A stretch of DNA of 64,000 nucleotides from a bacterium (GTDB lineage Bacteria > UBA8248), in assembly GCA_965204535.1 (NCBI GenBank), contig OZ241996.1, positions 1,408,001 to 1,472,000 on the forward strand, written 5' to 3'. Positions 1 to 10,926 of the stretch are shown here, in pieces (the first letter of the stretch is position 1; each line of letters begins with the position of its first letter). The position numbers and the translations under genes are program-made. Below the pieces are notes generated by a model. It saw only the letters and a list, made by a program, of their open reading frames with translations, ran no database searches and had not been told where the DNA came from.

Positions 1-719
1 TGATACTCGCCCCCGTGGTGGCGCAGGATGATGAGGCGCCCCAGATTGCCGGGACCGATATCGGAATAAATAACACGGCCGGGAGCAGCGGCGCGGACCT
101 GGGCGCGCTCGCGGGCGGCGATGAGGATGCCGTCCGTCTTGTGGCTGCCGCTCCTCTTGAAGCGGCGGATCAGGCGTCCCCGAAGAGGCCAGGAGAACCG
201 GGGCCTCTTGCCGTACGACTTGCGGTGCGTCGTCCTCCGATTCTTCGGGCGGCGCGTTCGAACCGTGTTCTTCGACTTCCCGGATGACTTCCGAATCGGT
301 TTTGCATACGCCTTTCGGCGCGGGGGCGACTTGCGGGGCCGAGGAGCCGCCCAGCGCGGGCGGCGTTCGGGCGGTTTGGCGCTGACGTTCTTCCGTATGA
401 GGCGCGCCGTTCTGGCGCCCGGGATGAAGAGCCGCTGGCCGATTTCCAGGCGATCGGGATTGTCGATGCCGTTCAGGACGGCGATCTGCTCGACTTCGAC
501 TCCGTAAGCGCGCCCGATGCGCCAGAGGTTCTCGCCGCGCTTTACGGTGTGGCGGACCCCGCCGACGCCAAGGCCGCTCTTCGGCGGAGGCGGCAGCGGA
601 GGTGCGACGAGCGCGCAGCCTGTGAGCAGACAGAGAAACAGGACACAGCCCCTGCGCCGCATCGCGTGCCATGTCCGGAACCTTGATGCGGGAGAAACCT
701 TTAATATGGGTAGATCCAT
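1..719 (-). CDS. nlpD: LysM + M23 peptidase-domain lipoprotein (NlpD-like), 3' end outside window
   Basis: Manual minus-strand translation: lipobox LLTGC, LysM HTVKRGENLWRIGRAYGV...LNGIDNPDRLEIGQRLFIP, M23-type GILIAA...VRAAAPGRVIYS...LGRLIILRH. Same strand as nearby surE-pcm. Absent from the ORF track because it has no stop in the window. Confidence 0.8.
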   Translation of the reverse strand, partial: MDLPILKVSPASRFRTWHAMRRRGCVLFLCLLTGCALVAPPLPPPPKSGLGVGGVRHTVKRGENLWRIGRAYGVEVEQIAVLNGIDNPDRLEIGQRLFIPGARTARLIRKNVSAKPPERRPRWAAPRPRKSPPRRKAYAKPIRKSSGKSKNTVRTRRPKNRRTTHRKSYGKRPRFSWPLRGRLIRRFKRSGSHKTDGILIAARERAQVRAAAPGRVIYSDIGPGNLGRLIILRHHGGEY

Positions 720-727
720 CTCGTCTC

Positions 728-1177
728 TCATGAAGACTCAAGCGCCATCCGCACGGCCTCGCGCGCGCCGGATGCCGGGACGACTCCCGCAGGGCTTGCG
801 TCGCGTCCCAGGGAGACGACCCGCTTGCCAAGCTTGAGTCCGATGGCGATCTCGGAGAGGGTGCCGTTCGCGCCCGACATGGCGATGAGCGCGTGGGCCG
901 TCGCCGCGATGATGACGTTGCGGGCATGGCCCATCCCGGTGGCGACGGGAATGTCGATGAACGGGTTGGCGGACCCGGCGTCATACGAGGGCAGGACGCC
1001 CACCGTGAGGCCGCCCGCTTCTTTCGCCCCGCGCGCGGCGGCCTGCATGACGCCGCCCAGACCGCCGCACACGAGCACGGCCCCCGCGCGCGCGATCTCG
1101 GCTCCTGTCTCTTCGGCCAAAGCTGCCGTTTCCGGGTCGGGGTCGGAATCGCCGATGACGCCGATGATGGTTTGCAT
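728..1177 (-). CDS. TIGR00725 / LOG-like Rossmann-fold protein
   Basis: IGVIG...LVCGGLGGVM, GMGHARN and GANGTLSEI motifs. Confidence 0.85.
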   Translation of the reverse strand: MQTIIGVIGDSDPDPETAALAEETGAEIARAGAVLVCGGLGGVMQAAARGAKEAGGLTVGVLPSYDAGSANPFIDIPVATGMGHARNVIIAATAHALIAMSGANGTLSEIAIGLKLGKRVVSLGRDASPAGVVPASGAREAVRMALESS

Positions 1178-1329
1178 CAGATAATCCCGGGGCGGATGAT
1201 TGTCTTGATTTTATCGAGCGAGCGCGCCTCGTCAAGTGGCAATGCGCGCCGTCGTCACCCAAGCTCCTGTTTCAGGGAGCATCGTCTCGCTGTTCCGCCC
1301 TGCTCTCCCGCCGTTCCAGCACCTGCAAC

Positions 1330-2538
1330 TTATCCCCCTTCGGGAACGATCACCCTCTTGTCGTGCTCCGCAGGCAGGCCGTTATTCAGAGTGTGCAGCA
1401 TCCAGTCGGCGATGGCGGGGTACATGTCCGCGGCCACCTCGCCCATGGGATGGAAGACGCCCTCGTAGAGCCAGAGCTCGCGCGGGCACGTTAAGTGATC
1501 GAAGAACACGTCGATGTCGTCCGGCGTGCAGAGCTCGTCCATGTCGCCCGCCACGAGCAGGTAGTTCGACTTCATCCTGCCCACCAGGGGCAGCCAGATG
1601 CTGTCGCGCTCCTCGACGAACTCGTCGAACGCATCCTCATCGAGGATGTTCGTCATGTACATGTAGATCCGCTTGAAGTTGGGCTGGGCCTGGTCGAAGA
1701 TGATGTCCGAAGGCCCCACGTTCGCCATCTGCCCGACCACGGTGTTGACGCGCTCGTCCTGGGCGGCGATTTCCACCGTCCAGCGGCTGCCCATGCTCAT
1801 GCCCATGATGCCGATTTTCGACGAATCCACCTCTTCGCGTTCGGTGAGCCAGTCGATGACCTTGCTCCCCGCTCGCGCGTAGTTGTGGTGATCCACCCAC
1901 ACCCCGTTGATGTTGCACTCGCCCTGCCCCGGCCCGTCCATGATGGCGAAGTTCATGCCGCGCGCATGGAACCAGTTGTTGTAGGGCAGAAGACCGTCTT
2001 CCTTGATCATGTCCATCCCGGGGATGAGGAGAACGGTGGGCTTGGGCTCGCCACCCTCCTGGGGCCAGTAATAAAAATACGCGTTCTTGCCGGGCTCGAA
2101 TTCCACCTGGTGTTTCTGGATGTCACCGCCCCTGATTTCGCGCATCTTGTCGAAACAGCGCGAAACGCCCGCGTAGTATTCCTTCTTGCGCGGATGGCCG
2201 TCCACGGGGATGAGGTGTTGGCCGCGACCGTAGCAAAGGCCCGCGCGGTTGTAGTGCATGGCGGCGGTCACGCGGTTGCCCGCCTCCTCGGCCACTTTCG
2301 CCTTTTTCTCCTGCAGAGCGGCCTGCTTACCCCACAGGAGCGGGATGGAGCGCCTGCCCGAGACCTTCGAGTAGACGGCTTCCAGGTCCTGATGCCGGAA
2401 ACCCCGCTCATAGCGCGTGCCCATGATGCCGGGGTGAAAAACGTCCTCGTTGTCGGAGAGCTTGAGGAAATTATCGAAAATCCAGTTCTGATTCGCGCGC
2501 GATGCCTGTCGTCTCATGCCGCTACCTTCTCCTTTCAT
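1330..2538 (-). CDS. alpha/beta hydrolase (FrsA / dihydroxypseudooxynicotine hydrolase-like)
   Basis: IPGMDMIKE, DGPGQGE, nucleophile elbow GMSMG, GDMDELC and C-terminal His. Confidence 0.8.
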   Translation of the reverse strand: MKGEGSGMRRQASRANQNWIFDNFLKLSDNEDVFHPGIMGTRYERGFRHQDLEAVYSKVSGRRSIPLLWGKQAALQEKKAKVAEEAGNRVTAAMHYNRAGLCYGRGQHLIPVDGHPRKKEYYAGVSRCFDKMREIRGGDIQKHQVEFEPGKNAYFYYWPQEGGEPKPTVLLIPGMDMIKEDGLLPYNNWFHARGMNFAIMDGPGQGECNINGVWVDHHNYARAGSKVIDWLTEREEVDSSKIGIMGMSMGSRWTVEIAAQDERVNTVVGQMANVGPSDIIFDQAQPNFKRIYMYMTNILDEDAFDEFVEERDSIWLPLVGRMKSNYLLVAGDMDELCTPDDIDVFFDHLTCPRELWLYEGVFHPMGEVAADMYPAIADWMLHTLNNGLPAEHDKRVIVPEGG

Positions 2539-2810
2539 ATAGGTGATGGGGCGAGTTTTTCCCCGCCGTTTTCAAGCAGATATGACGCCGGATTCAGCGG
2601 GCTATCTTCGGGCCAGTAGCCGTTTCAGGTCAACCGCTTCAGGCGGTTCCCGCCAAAGTGATTTTTATCCGCGATTGTATTTGCCGAATCCATTGATTTT
2701 GTGTAGATTCGGCGCTTTGTATTTCCAGAGTGGCGCCGGGAATCGACGCCCGGAGAGAGGCATCGCCTTTACTGCACATCTTTTTCTCGTTACGAAAGAG
2801 GGTTTTGGAA

Positions 2811-4115
2811 ATGACAGTGGAAACAGAGTTGGAACTCAACAACAACGAAACAATCGTCCTGCACGCCGGATACCGCAATGACTCCGCCACGAACGCCGTG
2901 GCCGTACCGATCTACCAGACGTCCTCCTACCAGTTCGACAGCACGGAGCACGCGGCCAATCTTTTCGCGCTGAAGGAGCTCGGCAACATCTACACCCGAA
3001 TCATGAACCCCACCAACGACGTGCTCGAGAAACGGCTGGCGGCTCTCGAGGGCGGCGTCGGCGGCCTCGCCGTGTCCTCGGGCCAGTCGGCCTCGATGAT
3101 GGCCGTGATGAACGTGGCGCGCGCAGGGGACAACATCGTGAGTTCGACGGACCTCTACGGCGGCACGTGGAACCTCTTCGCCAACCAGCTGGACGACATC
3201 GGCATCGAGTGCCGTTTCGTAGACCCCGAAGACCCGGAGAATTTCGTCCGGGCGACGGACGAGAAGACGCGCGCCTACTACGCCGAGACGCTGCCCAACC
3301 CCAAGCTCCACGTTTTCCCGATCCGGGAAGTCTCGGATCTCGGTCGCGAATTGGGGATTCCCCTCATCATGGACAACACGGCGGCTCACGGTCTCTGCAA
3401 ACCCCTCGAGCACGGCGCGGACGTCATCGCCTCCTCGTGCACGAAATACATCGGCGGGCACGGCAACTCCATCGGCGGCATCATCATCGATAGCGGAAAC
3501 TTCGACTGGGAGGCGCACCCCGAAAGGCAGCCCTACCTCAACCAGCCCGACCCGAGCTACCACGGCGCCGTGTGGGCCGAGGCCGTCAAGCCGCTCGGCC
3601 CCATCGCCTACATCATCAAGGCGCGCGTCACGCTCCTGCGCGACTCCGGCCAGGCGATGAGCCCCTTCAACACCTTCCTGTTCTTGCAAGGCCTCGAAAC
3701 CCTGCCCCTGCGGATGGAGCGTCATTGCGAAAACGCCGCCGCCGTGGCGGATTACCTGAATGCGCATCCCAAGGTGAATACCACGATTTACCCGGGTCTC
3801 ATGGACGGAGAATTCCGCCGCCGCGCCGACACGTATCTCAAGGGCGGCTACGGCGGTTTGGTCGGAATCGACCTCACCGGTGGATACGAGGCGGGCCAGA
3901 ACTTCATCAACGCGCTCAAGATGTTCTACCACGTGGCGAACATCGGCGATGCCAAGAGCCTCGCCATTCACCCGGCGAGCACCACGCACTCCCAGCTCAG
4001 CCCCGAGGAGCAGGAGCATACGGGCGTGACGCCGGGCTACGTGCGGCTTTCGATCGGCATCGAGCACATCGACGACATCATCGCCGATCTCGAACAGGCC
4101 CTGGACGTCGCATAG
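2811..4115 (+). CDS. metY: O-acetylhomoserine sulfhydrylase (Cys/Met PLP-dependent enzyme), copy 1
   Basis: VPIYQTSSY, YTRIMNPT, SCTKYIGGHG (PLP Lys), [18 protein letters not shown]. Confidence 0.9.
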   Translation: MTVETELELNNNETIVLHAGYRNDSATNAVAVPIYQTSSYQFDSTEHAANLFALKELGNIYTRIMNPTNDVLEKRLAALEGGVGGLAVSSGQSASMMAVMNVARAGDNIVSSTDLYGGTWNLFANQLDDIGIECRFVDPEDPENFVRATDEKTRAYYAETLPNPKLHVFPIREVSDLGRELGIPLIMDNTAAHGLCKPLEHGADVIASSCTKYIGGHGNSIGGIIIDSGNFDWEAHPERQPYLNQPDPSYHGAVWAEAVKPLGPIAYIIKARVTLLRDSGQAMSPFNTFLFLQGLETLPLRMERHCENAAAVADYLNAHPKVNTTIYPGLMDGEFRRRADTYLKGGYGGLVGIDLTGGYEAGQNFINALKMFYHVANIGDAKSLAIHPASTTHSQLSPEEQEHTGVTPGYVRLSIGIEHIDDIIADLEQALDVA

Positions 4116-4134
4116 CGCATCGCACGGGAAAACG

Positions 4135-4170
4135 AAAAGGAGGCGCTCCTCTCGGGGCGCCTCTTTTTTT
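4135..4170 (+). terminator. Rho-independent terminator after metY copy 1
   Basis: GAGGCGCTCC-TCTC-GGGGCGCCTC followed by T7 and preceded by an A-run. Confidence 0.8.
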
Positions 4171-4234
4171 GTGGGGAAAGATATATTCCGGTGACGGCTT
4201 TTTTGCCCGGAGTTTTTCTCACTCGCCTCTTGCG

Positions 4235-4541
4235 GGGGCTGTTGAAAATCCTCTTCCCCTCACCCTGAGTAGCGGCGAAGCCGCGTATCGAAGGGCGCAT
4301 GTCCATTGTAGGGGTCGCATATTATGCGACCCGAGTTTGTCGGTGAAAGGCAGGGCCGCATATATGCGGCCCCTACACCCTCTCGCATCATTCGAAACCG
4401 GAGCACGACGCCGTCATTCCGGCATGCGCCGGAATGACGATCGAAAACCGCCGTCTCTCGCAATGATGGAGGTAAACCGTAGCGGACAGACGAAGAAATG
4501 GACAGACACAAGGGACAGATTTCAGGTTATTCAACAGGCCC
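4235..4541. mobile_element. MITE-like element 1 with REP-type cargo
   Basis: Ends GGGGCTGTTGAAAAT / TTATTCAACAGGCCC. Inside: CTCACCCTGAGTAGC..GCGTATCGAAGG, a GTAGGGGTCGCATA..TGCGACCC / GGGCCGCATATATGCGGCCCCTAC pair, and CGTCATTCCGGC..GCCGGAATGACG. Confidence 0.65.
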
Positions 4542-4760
4542 ATCCGCTAGTGCATTCTCTGTTGAGTGATCGGAAGGAAAAGAAAATCCAATGTAAAGTG
4601 AATTATCAGGTATTTTATCCAAACGCTGGAAATAATTGATAAAATAACGATTAAAGTGTTTCATGAGGTATTTTCGGGACTTAGTCATCCCCGAGGCAGG
4701 CTTGACCGGGGACAAAGCGCAACAAAGCCCGGGAAGCTGTTCATGCCGCGCAATATGAAA

Positions 4761-4837
<77 letters not shown>

Positions 4838-4871
4838 ACACAAGCCGCGAGACGGCGGATTCGACGTCCGC

Positions 4872-5552
4872 CTATGGTTTCTCCCAGCCGTATTTTCCCA
4901 CCAGTTTCACAAAAACGCAGTTCACCAACTCCTCGGGCGCGAGCATCTGGCCCGACTCCGAGACGCGGTATCTCACGAGGGTCTGCTTCTCCCCCTCGCC
5001 CAGGGGCATGACGATCCGCCCGCCGGGTGCGATCTGCCGCTTCCAGGGCTCCGGCACCTGCGGCGCCGACGCCGCGCTCACGATGACGTCGAAGGGCGCC
5101 TCTTCCGGCCAGCCGTAGGTGCCGTCCGCCGTCCAGAGCATATAATTCGTCAGGCCGAAAGAATCAAGCCGCTCCCGGGCTCTCACCGCCAGTTCGGGCA
5201 CCCGCTCGATGGCGCGGACGGAACCCGCGAGCCTCCCCAAAAGCGCGGTCAGGTAACCCGAGCCCGCTCCGATTTCAAGCACCTTCTCTCCGCCCCTGAG
5301 CGCCAGGGCCTCGAGCGTGGCGGCCACCATATAGGGCTGTGAGATCGTCTGTCCGTGTCCGATGGGCAGCGCCTTGTCGGCGTAGGAGGTTTCGAGAAAG
5401 ATATCGGGCGCGAAATGGTGCCTCGGCACCTCGCGCAAGGCCTCGATGACGCGGGCGTCCGTGATTCCGCGGGCGATGATTTGCCCCTCTACCATCTGCT
5501 CGCGCGCGCGCCGCCGGCGATCCTCCCGGTTGCCGTTTAATGAAAACGCCAA
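4872..5552 (-). CDS. pcm: protein-L-isoaspartate O-methyltransferase
   Basis: [36 protein letters not shown]; directly downstream of surE. Confidence 0.95.
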   Translation of the reverse strand: MAFSLNGNREDRRRRAREQMVEGQIIARGITDARVIEALREVPRHHFAPDIFLETSYADKALPIGHGQTISQPYMVAATLEALALRGGEKVLEIGAGSGYLTALLGRLAGSVRAIERVPELAVRARERLDSFGLTNYMLWTADGTYGWPEEAPFDVIVSAASAPQVPEPWKRQIAPGGRIVMPLGEGEKQTLVRYRVSESGQMLAPEELVNCVFVKLVGKYGWEKP

Positions 5553-6292
5553 GATTCCAGCCCTTTCATCGCGTCGTAGTCCGTGAGATCGAGCCGCAGG
5601 GGCGTGATGGAAACTTGGTGGTTCGAGATCGCCTCGAAGTCGGTATCGGGTTCATCCTCCCACCTGAGGCTGCCTCCCCCTATCCAGTAATATTCACGCC
5701 CTCGTGGGTCGATTTTCTCGACGACGGCCTCTTCGTAGATTCGCTTGCCCTGGCGGGTGATTCTCTCTCCCCGGCACTGTTGCGGAGGAATGTTCGGGAC
5801 GTTGATGTTCAGCAGAACGCCTGGCGCCAGTCCCCTGGATAATACTTCCCTCGCGCCGGCGCGCGCAACTTTTTGCGCCAAGTCGTAGATGAGCTTCTCG
5901 CCATCCTCGTGGGCGAGGGAGACTGCCACCGCCGGGAGCCCGAGCAGCGTGGCCTCCATCGCGGCGGCCACGGTTCCCGAATAGGTGATGTCTTCTCCCA
6001 GGTTTCCACCCTTGTTGATGCCGGAGACGAGCATGTCGGGGCGCTCGTTCTTGAACAGGCCGTTCAGGGCGAGATTCACGCAGTCGGTGGGGGTGCCGTC
6101 CACGGCGAACCAGTTATGCGCCACCTCGTTGATGCGGAGGGGGCGATGCAGGCTCAGGGAATGTCCGGCCGCGCTCTGCTCCCTGTCCGGGGCCACGACG
6201 ATCAACTCCCCCAATGGGGCGAGCGCCGCGTAGAGGGCGCGCAATCCTTCCGAGTCGATGCCGTCATCGTTGCAGAGAAGTATTCGGGCCAT
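5537..6292 (-). CDS. surE: 5'/3'-nucleotidase SurE
   Basis: ILLCNDDGI, VAPDREQSA, GTPTDCV, SGINKGGNLG, YSGTVAAAME. Confidence 0.95.
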   Translation of the reverse strand: MARILLCNDDGIDSEGLRALYAALAPLGELIVVAPDREQSAAGHSLSLHRPLRINEVAHNWFAVDGTPTDCVNLALNGLFKNERPDMLVSGINKGGNLGEDITYSGTVAAAMEATLLGLPAVAVSLAHEDGEKLIYDLAQKVARAGAREVLSRGLAPGVLLNINVPNIPPQQCRGERITRQGKRIYEEAVVEKIDPRGREYYWIGGGSLRWEDEPDTDFEAISNHQVSITPLRLDLTDYDAMKGLESWRFH

Positions 6293-6393
6293 GAGCTTTT
6301 CACATAACGTGCGGGGCGGGTGCATCGCAACGAGTAAGGATTATGGTGCAGCCGGAGCATGAGATCAACGCCGCCGGAGGTTTCGGCTATGGA

Positions 6394-6765
6394 GGGGGCG
6401 TTGAAAAATCCCATCGAGGAGGAAGTGACGCCTGTGCTTCCCCCCGGTTTCGGGTTTTGGCCGTCATTCCGGCGAAAGCCGGAATCCATTTTCGCCTTTG
6501 CCTTTTCGCCTCCTCGTTCGGACGTCTTTACTCCCGGGCGGGGAGGATCGGTATCGAACACAAACACGAAAGGCGAATTCTCTGGATTCCGCATCCGGAC
6601 GCCGCGCAACAACAAGATCGTGGCCGCCCCGCCCGGTGAAAAGTCAAAATGGATTCCGGCTTTCGCCGGAATGACGGCGTTTGTCATGACGCTCCATAGT
6701 TGTCTCTCCCCTCCTCGTTGGCCCCACACGCAGAATCGCGAAATCATGATTTTTTCAACAACCCC
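6394..6765. mobile_element. MITE-like element 2
   Basis: Ends GGGGGCGTTGAAAAA / TTTTTCAACAACCCC. Internal inverted pair GCCGTCATTCCGGCGAAAGCCGGAATCCATTTT (~6460) and AAAATGGATTCCGGCTTTCGCCGGAATGACGGC (~6646). Confidence 0.7.
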
Positions 6766-6858
6766 CTTGTGGAGGGCCTTTCTTTCGGGGCCGTCGCTTG
6801 ATTTAATGAATCTCAGCGATTACAAAGCCGGAACCATGCCATTTTTCGAGGAGCGCAC

Positions 6859-8178
6859 ATGAACGAGGAATCCCGGCCCGAGGAAACGGCCCCGAGAGCA
6901 TTTCATTTTGACACCAACGCCCTCCATGCGGGCGCGCGACCCGACCCCGCCACCGGCGCCAGGGCCGTGCCGATCTACCAATCCACGGGTTTCGTTTTCG
7001 ACGACGACGAACATGCCGCAGGTCTTTTCGCCCTGCAGGATTACGGATACGTCTACACGCGCATCGGAAACCCCACCACGAGCGTATTCGAGGAGCGCAT
7101 CGCCGCGCTGGAAGGAGGCGTCGGCGGGCTGGCGACGGCCTCGGGCCAGGCCGCCCAGTTCGTCGCGCTGTTCACACTGACGAACCCGGGGGATGAAATC
7201 GTTTCCTCCGCCGCCCTCTACGGGGGCACTTACACGCAGTTCGACATCACGCTCAGAAAACTCGGCATCCACACGACATTCGTCGATCCGACGCGGCCGG
7301 AGGATTTTCGGGCCGCCGTGACGGAGAAGACGCGCGTGATCTACTGCGAGACGATAGGCAATCCGGCCACCAACATAGCCGATCTGGAAGCCCTCGCGAA
7401 AATTGCGGAAGATGCGGGCGTTCCTCTCGTCGTGGACAACACCTTTGCCACCCCCTACCTCTGCCGTCCCATCGAATGGGGAGCGGACATCGTTTTGCAT
7501 TCGGCCACGAAATTCATCGACGGGCACGGCACGAGCATCGGCGGCGTCATGGTGGATTCGGGGCGCTTCGACTGGGCGAACGGGAAGTTCCCCGGCATGG
7601 TCGATCCCTCGCCGGGATATCATGGGCTGCGGTTTTTCGAGACCTTCGGCGAACTGGGTTTCCTCATGAAGGCGCGCGCGGAGAGCCTGCGCGACATCGG
7701 GTCGTGCCTGGGCCCGCTCAACGGTTTCCTGTTCGCCCAGGGTCTGGAGACCCTGCCCCTGCGGATGGAGCGCCACTGCGAGAACGCGCAGAAGGTGGCC
7801 GAGTTCCTCGCGGGGGATTCACGCGTCAGTTTCGTGAGCTATCCCGGATTGCCGGACAGCCCCGAATACGAAAGAGCGCAAAAGTATCTGCCGAACGGAC
7901 AGGGCGCCGTTTTTTCCTTCGGCGTCCGGGGCGGATTCGACCCGGCCGTTCGCTTCATCAACGCCCTTCAGCTACACAGCCATCTGGCGAACGTCGGCGA
8001 CGCCAAAAGCCTCATCATCCATCCCGCCTCCACGACGCACGCCCAGTTGAACGAGGAGGACTTGAAGGCGGGAAACATCACGCCCGACCTCATCCGGATT
8101 TCGGTGGGCCTCGAACATATCGACGACATTATCTGGGACCTCGACCAGGCCCTCGATGAGGCGACGAAGAACGCGTGA
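6859..8178 (+). CDS. metY: O-acetylhomoserine sulfhydrylase, copy 2
   Basis: [45 protein letters not shown]. Confidence 0.9.
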   Translation: MNEESRPEETAPRAFHFDTNALHAGARPDPATGARAVPIYQSTGFVFDDDEHAAGLFALQDYGYVYTRIGNPTTSVFEERIAALEGGVGGLATASGQAAQFVALFTLTNPGDEIVSSAALYGGTYTQFDITLRKLGIHTTFVDPTRPEDFRAAVTEKTRVIYCETIGNPATNIADLEALAKIAEDAGVPLVVDNTFATPYLCRPIEWGADIVLHSATKFIDGHGTSIGGVMVDSGRFDWANGKFPGMVDPSPGYHGLRFFETFGELGFLMKARAESLRDIGSCLGPLNGFLFAQGLETLPLRMERHCENAQKVAEFLAGDSRVSFVSYPGLPDSPEYERAQKYLPNGQGAVFSFGVRGGFDPAVRFINALQLHSHLANVGDAKSLIIHPASTTHAQLNEEDLKAGNITPDLIRISVGLEHIDDIIWDLDQALDEATKNA

Positions 8179-8657
8179 TGAAATTTCCCGCATACCAGAA
8201 CCCGCGCACAATTCGCCGTATCCTGCGGAATCACCGCCGCGTGGCGATGGTGGGGCTTTCGGCGAACGAATCGAGACCCAGCTATTTCGTGGGGTACTAC
8301 CTCCAGAGAATGGGTTACGAAGTCATCCCGGTGAACCCGAGGTACGAACGGATACTGGGCCGGAAATCCTACCCCGACGTCGCATCGATACCCGACCCTC
8401 CCGACGTGGTGGACGTGTTTCGCAGGCCGGATGAAATATCGGGAGTGGTCGACGAGGCGATTGAGGTCGGCGCGAAATCGCTCTGGCTTCAATTCGAAGT
8501 GGTGAACGAGGCCGAAGCCGCCCGCGCGCAGGCCGCGGGCCTTCTCGTCGTCATGGACAGATGCATGAAGATCGAACATGGCCGCCTGAGGGGCGGTTTG
8601 CATACGGCCGGCATGAGGACCGGCGTCATCACCAACCGCCGGACCCCGCTTCTGTAG
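8178..8657 (+). CDS. CoA-binding protein (YccU-like)
   Basis: VAMVGLSANESRPS, VIPVNP, DVVDVFRRP, LWLQ, VVMDRCMKIEH; TGATG overlap with metY copy 2. Confidence 0.9.
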   Translation: MKFPAYQNPRTIRRILRNHRRVAMVGLSANESRPSYFVGYYLQRMGYEVIPVNPRYERILGRKSYPDVASIPDPPDVVDVFRRPDEISGVVDEAIEVGAKSLWLQFEVVNEAEAARAQAAGLLVVMDRCMKIEHGRLRGGLHTAGMRTGVITNRRTPLL

Positions 8658-8900
8658 GGGTTGTTGAAAAAGCCCTGATGAAAGAGGTATTTGTTCCGTA
8701 GTGGGCCGTTTTCGTGAACGGCCCACGTTCGTGAACGGCCCTTGCCGGAGAAACGGGCGCTTCGAGAAGCGCCCATACGGCACCCTTTTAGGGAGATCAC
8801 AACACCTGTCATTCCGACTTTCGCCGGAATGACGGCCAAAACCCGAAACCGGACGGAGGCGAAGGTGTCACTCCTCCTTGATGACTTTTTCACCAACCCC
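8657..8900. mobile_element. MITE-like element 3
   Basis: Ends GGGGTTGTTGAAAAA / TTTTTCACCAACCCC. The right ~90 bp is an inverted homologue of the left arm of element 2; the left part carries a different GTAG-type palindrome pair. Confidence 0.7.
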
Positions 8901-9021
8901 CATAGTCTGAAGTTCAGAACGGGGTTATATTTCCGTCAGTTAGCCAACTTGCAAAAGCCGGAAAAATCCTTTACAAAATTCTGAGAGGTCTGCCGCTTAG
9001 CCGTTTCTCCACGGGGATGAC

Positions 9022-9708
9022 ATGAAAAGACTCAAGATCCTGATTCTCGGGATGCATCTGTTTCCCCTCTGCGTAGTCACATCCGCCGCCCCAGAAGAAA
9101 GATTTCTCGTCGAAATGAGGGCAATATCCGGTCAGCCCCACATCGTTTTTTCGCGCGGCAGAAAAGTTTTCCTGAGAGGCAAACGCGCAATGCTCCCCGG
9201 CGATCACATCGTCACGAGCGCGAGCTCGCGGGCGCTCGTTCATTTTCGGCGGCGTCCGGGTTGCGAGCTCGTGGTGGAGCCGAACACTTCCTTCGAGTTA
9301 GTGGGCATGAAGCGGGGCGGCGCGTATGCCGCGAGACTGAACAGGGGCACGGTGAAGTGCGGTAAAGCGTCCTGCGGGCTGAGCTTGAGCGTAATGACGC
9401 CCGCGGGAGTGGTGCGCGGCAAGGGGGTAGAGTTCGCCCTGAAAGCCTACAGGCACTTCACCACCGTGACCCTCAAAAAAGGGCGAATGCGCCTGCTGGT
9501 CGGCGGACAAGCCGTCCCGTTGCGCGAGATGACGCGCACAACGGTTTCAAGAACGGGGGGCCACCGCATCGCTACGATATACGGCGGTCCCTCCCGGGTA
9601 CCCAGCCTCTTCTCCCCCCTTCCCCTTCCCGGAATTTCCCCCGCTCATTCGAAACGTCGTTTCCGAGACAAATACATTTCCCCGGCATCGGTGACGCGAA
9701 GCCCTTGA
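9022..9708 (+). CDS. secreted FecR-like beta-sandwich domain protein
   Basis: N-terminal signal-like segment; PGDHIVTSASSRALVHF, VEPNTSF, VMTPAGVVRGKGVEF, VTLKKG pattern. Confidence 0.65.
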   Translation: MKRLKILILGMHLFPLCVVTSAAPEERFLVEMRAISGQPHIVFSRGRKVFLRGKRAMLPGDHIVTSASSRALVHFRRRPGCELVVEPNTSFELVGMKRGGAYAARLNRGTVKCGKASCGLSLSVMTPAGVVRGKGVEFALKAYRHFTTVTLKKGRMRLLVGGQAVPLREMTRTTVSRTGGHRIATIYGGPSRVPSLFSPLPLPGISPAHSKRRFRDKYISPASVTRSP

Positions 9709-9827
9709 CGAAAGCAACGCTTAAGCCTTACTACATAGCCTGACATATTTCTTTCGCCGAGAACCCGGCGCGGTTCGGCCTGCTCGCCCGACGCGACCGG
9801 GCCTTTTGCGAAAACATTTCTTTCGGT

Positions 9828-9904
<77 letters not shown>

Positions 9905-9955
9905 TTTTTACCCATCACCGATGTTCGGATGGCGCATCCGGCGAGGAGGCGAGAG

Positions 9956-10864
9956 GTGGAGCTTGGTTTCATCGGCTTGGGAAGGATGGGAAGCGAAATT
10001 TGCGCCCATCTCATTCGCGCCGGTCATGAGGTAACGGCTTACGACGTCCGGGAGGAAGCCACGCTGGAAGCCGGGAACAAAGGCGCGCGCCCGGGACGCA
10101 GCCCGGCGAACGTGGCTTCGCGCTCGGAAATCATTTTCACGTCTTTGCCGCACCCGAACATATCGCGCGAGGTGATTCTGGGTGAGGAGGGAATTCTGGC
10201 GGGTACGCGCGAAGGCGCGCTTCTGGCGGAGACGAGCACCGTCTCCCCTTCCCTCATTCAGGAACTGGCCCCGGTGGTGAAAGCGCAAGGGGCCGAGTTG
10301 ATGGATGCCGCCGTGAGCGGCGGCGTGCAGGGGGCGCAGGCGGGCACCCTCACCCTCATGGTGGGCGGCGGCGAGGAGGGCTTCGAGAGGCTCAAGCCCC
10401 TGCTCGCGCATTTCGGAAAGAACATCTTTCACTGCGGTGGGTCCGGCATGGGCATGTTGTTCAAGGTCGTGAACAACATGCTCTCGCACGTGAACCTCGC
10501 GGCGCTGACCGAGGCCATGGCCCTGGGCGTCGCGGCGGGGGCCGACCCCGATTTGCTCTGCGACGTCATCGCCGTCAGTTCGGGCCGCAGCCGCCAGGTG
10601 GAGGACCGGCTCAGAAAGCACATCCTGCCGGGGGAGTTCACGCCCGGCATGACGACCGACCTCGCGACGAAAGACTCCGACCTGTGCCTCGATCTGGCCC
10701 GCGAGCTTCGCGTTCCCACCTTCATCGCAAGCGCGACGCACCACGTCTATGAAATGGCGATTCAGAGAGGATACGGGGCCGAAGAATACGCCTCGCTCAT
10801 CAAACTCTGGGAGGAATGGCTGGACATCGAGGTGCGCTCTCCCGGCGCCGGGAGGGATTCCTGA
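9956..10864 (+). CDS. 3-hydroxyisobutyrate / beta-hydroxyacid dehydrogenase family oxidoreductase
   Basis: GFIGLGRMG, DAAVSGG, LTLMVGG, catalytic KVVNN; GTG start after GAGGAG. Confidence 0.85.
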   Translation: MELGFIGLGRMGSEICAHLIRAGHEVTAYDVREEATLEAGNKGARPGRSPANVASRSEIIFTSLPHPNISREVILGEEGILAGTREGALLAETSTVSPSLIQELAPVVKAQGAELMDAAVSGGVQGAQAGTLTLMVGGGEEGFERLKPLLAHFGKNIFHCGGSGMGMLFKVVNNMLSHVNLAALTEAMALGVAAGADPDLLCDVIAVSSGRSRQVEDRLRKHILPGEFTPGMTTDLATKDSDLCLDLARELRVPTFIASATHHVYEMAIQRGYGAEEYASLIKLWEEWLDIEVRSPGAGRDS

Positions 10865-10926
10865 AATTCGCCGCAGAAGCCTCCCGTGAGATTCACAAGC
10901 CCTCGCCCGCCGCAACGTGAAGGACG

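Noticed and set aside
2640-2810. SAM riboswitch upstream of metY copy 1
   Set aside because: Only a faint CCAGAG...GGGA...GCCC resemblance and one hairpin; core SAM-I/II elements not found. An Rfam scan would settle it.
6202-6862. ORFs over intergenic repeats (VIPAKAGI, SFRRKPES, GRIYAAPT peptides)
   Set aside because: These are translations of REP-type palindromes inside the MITE-like elements.
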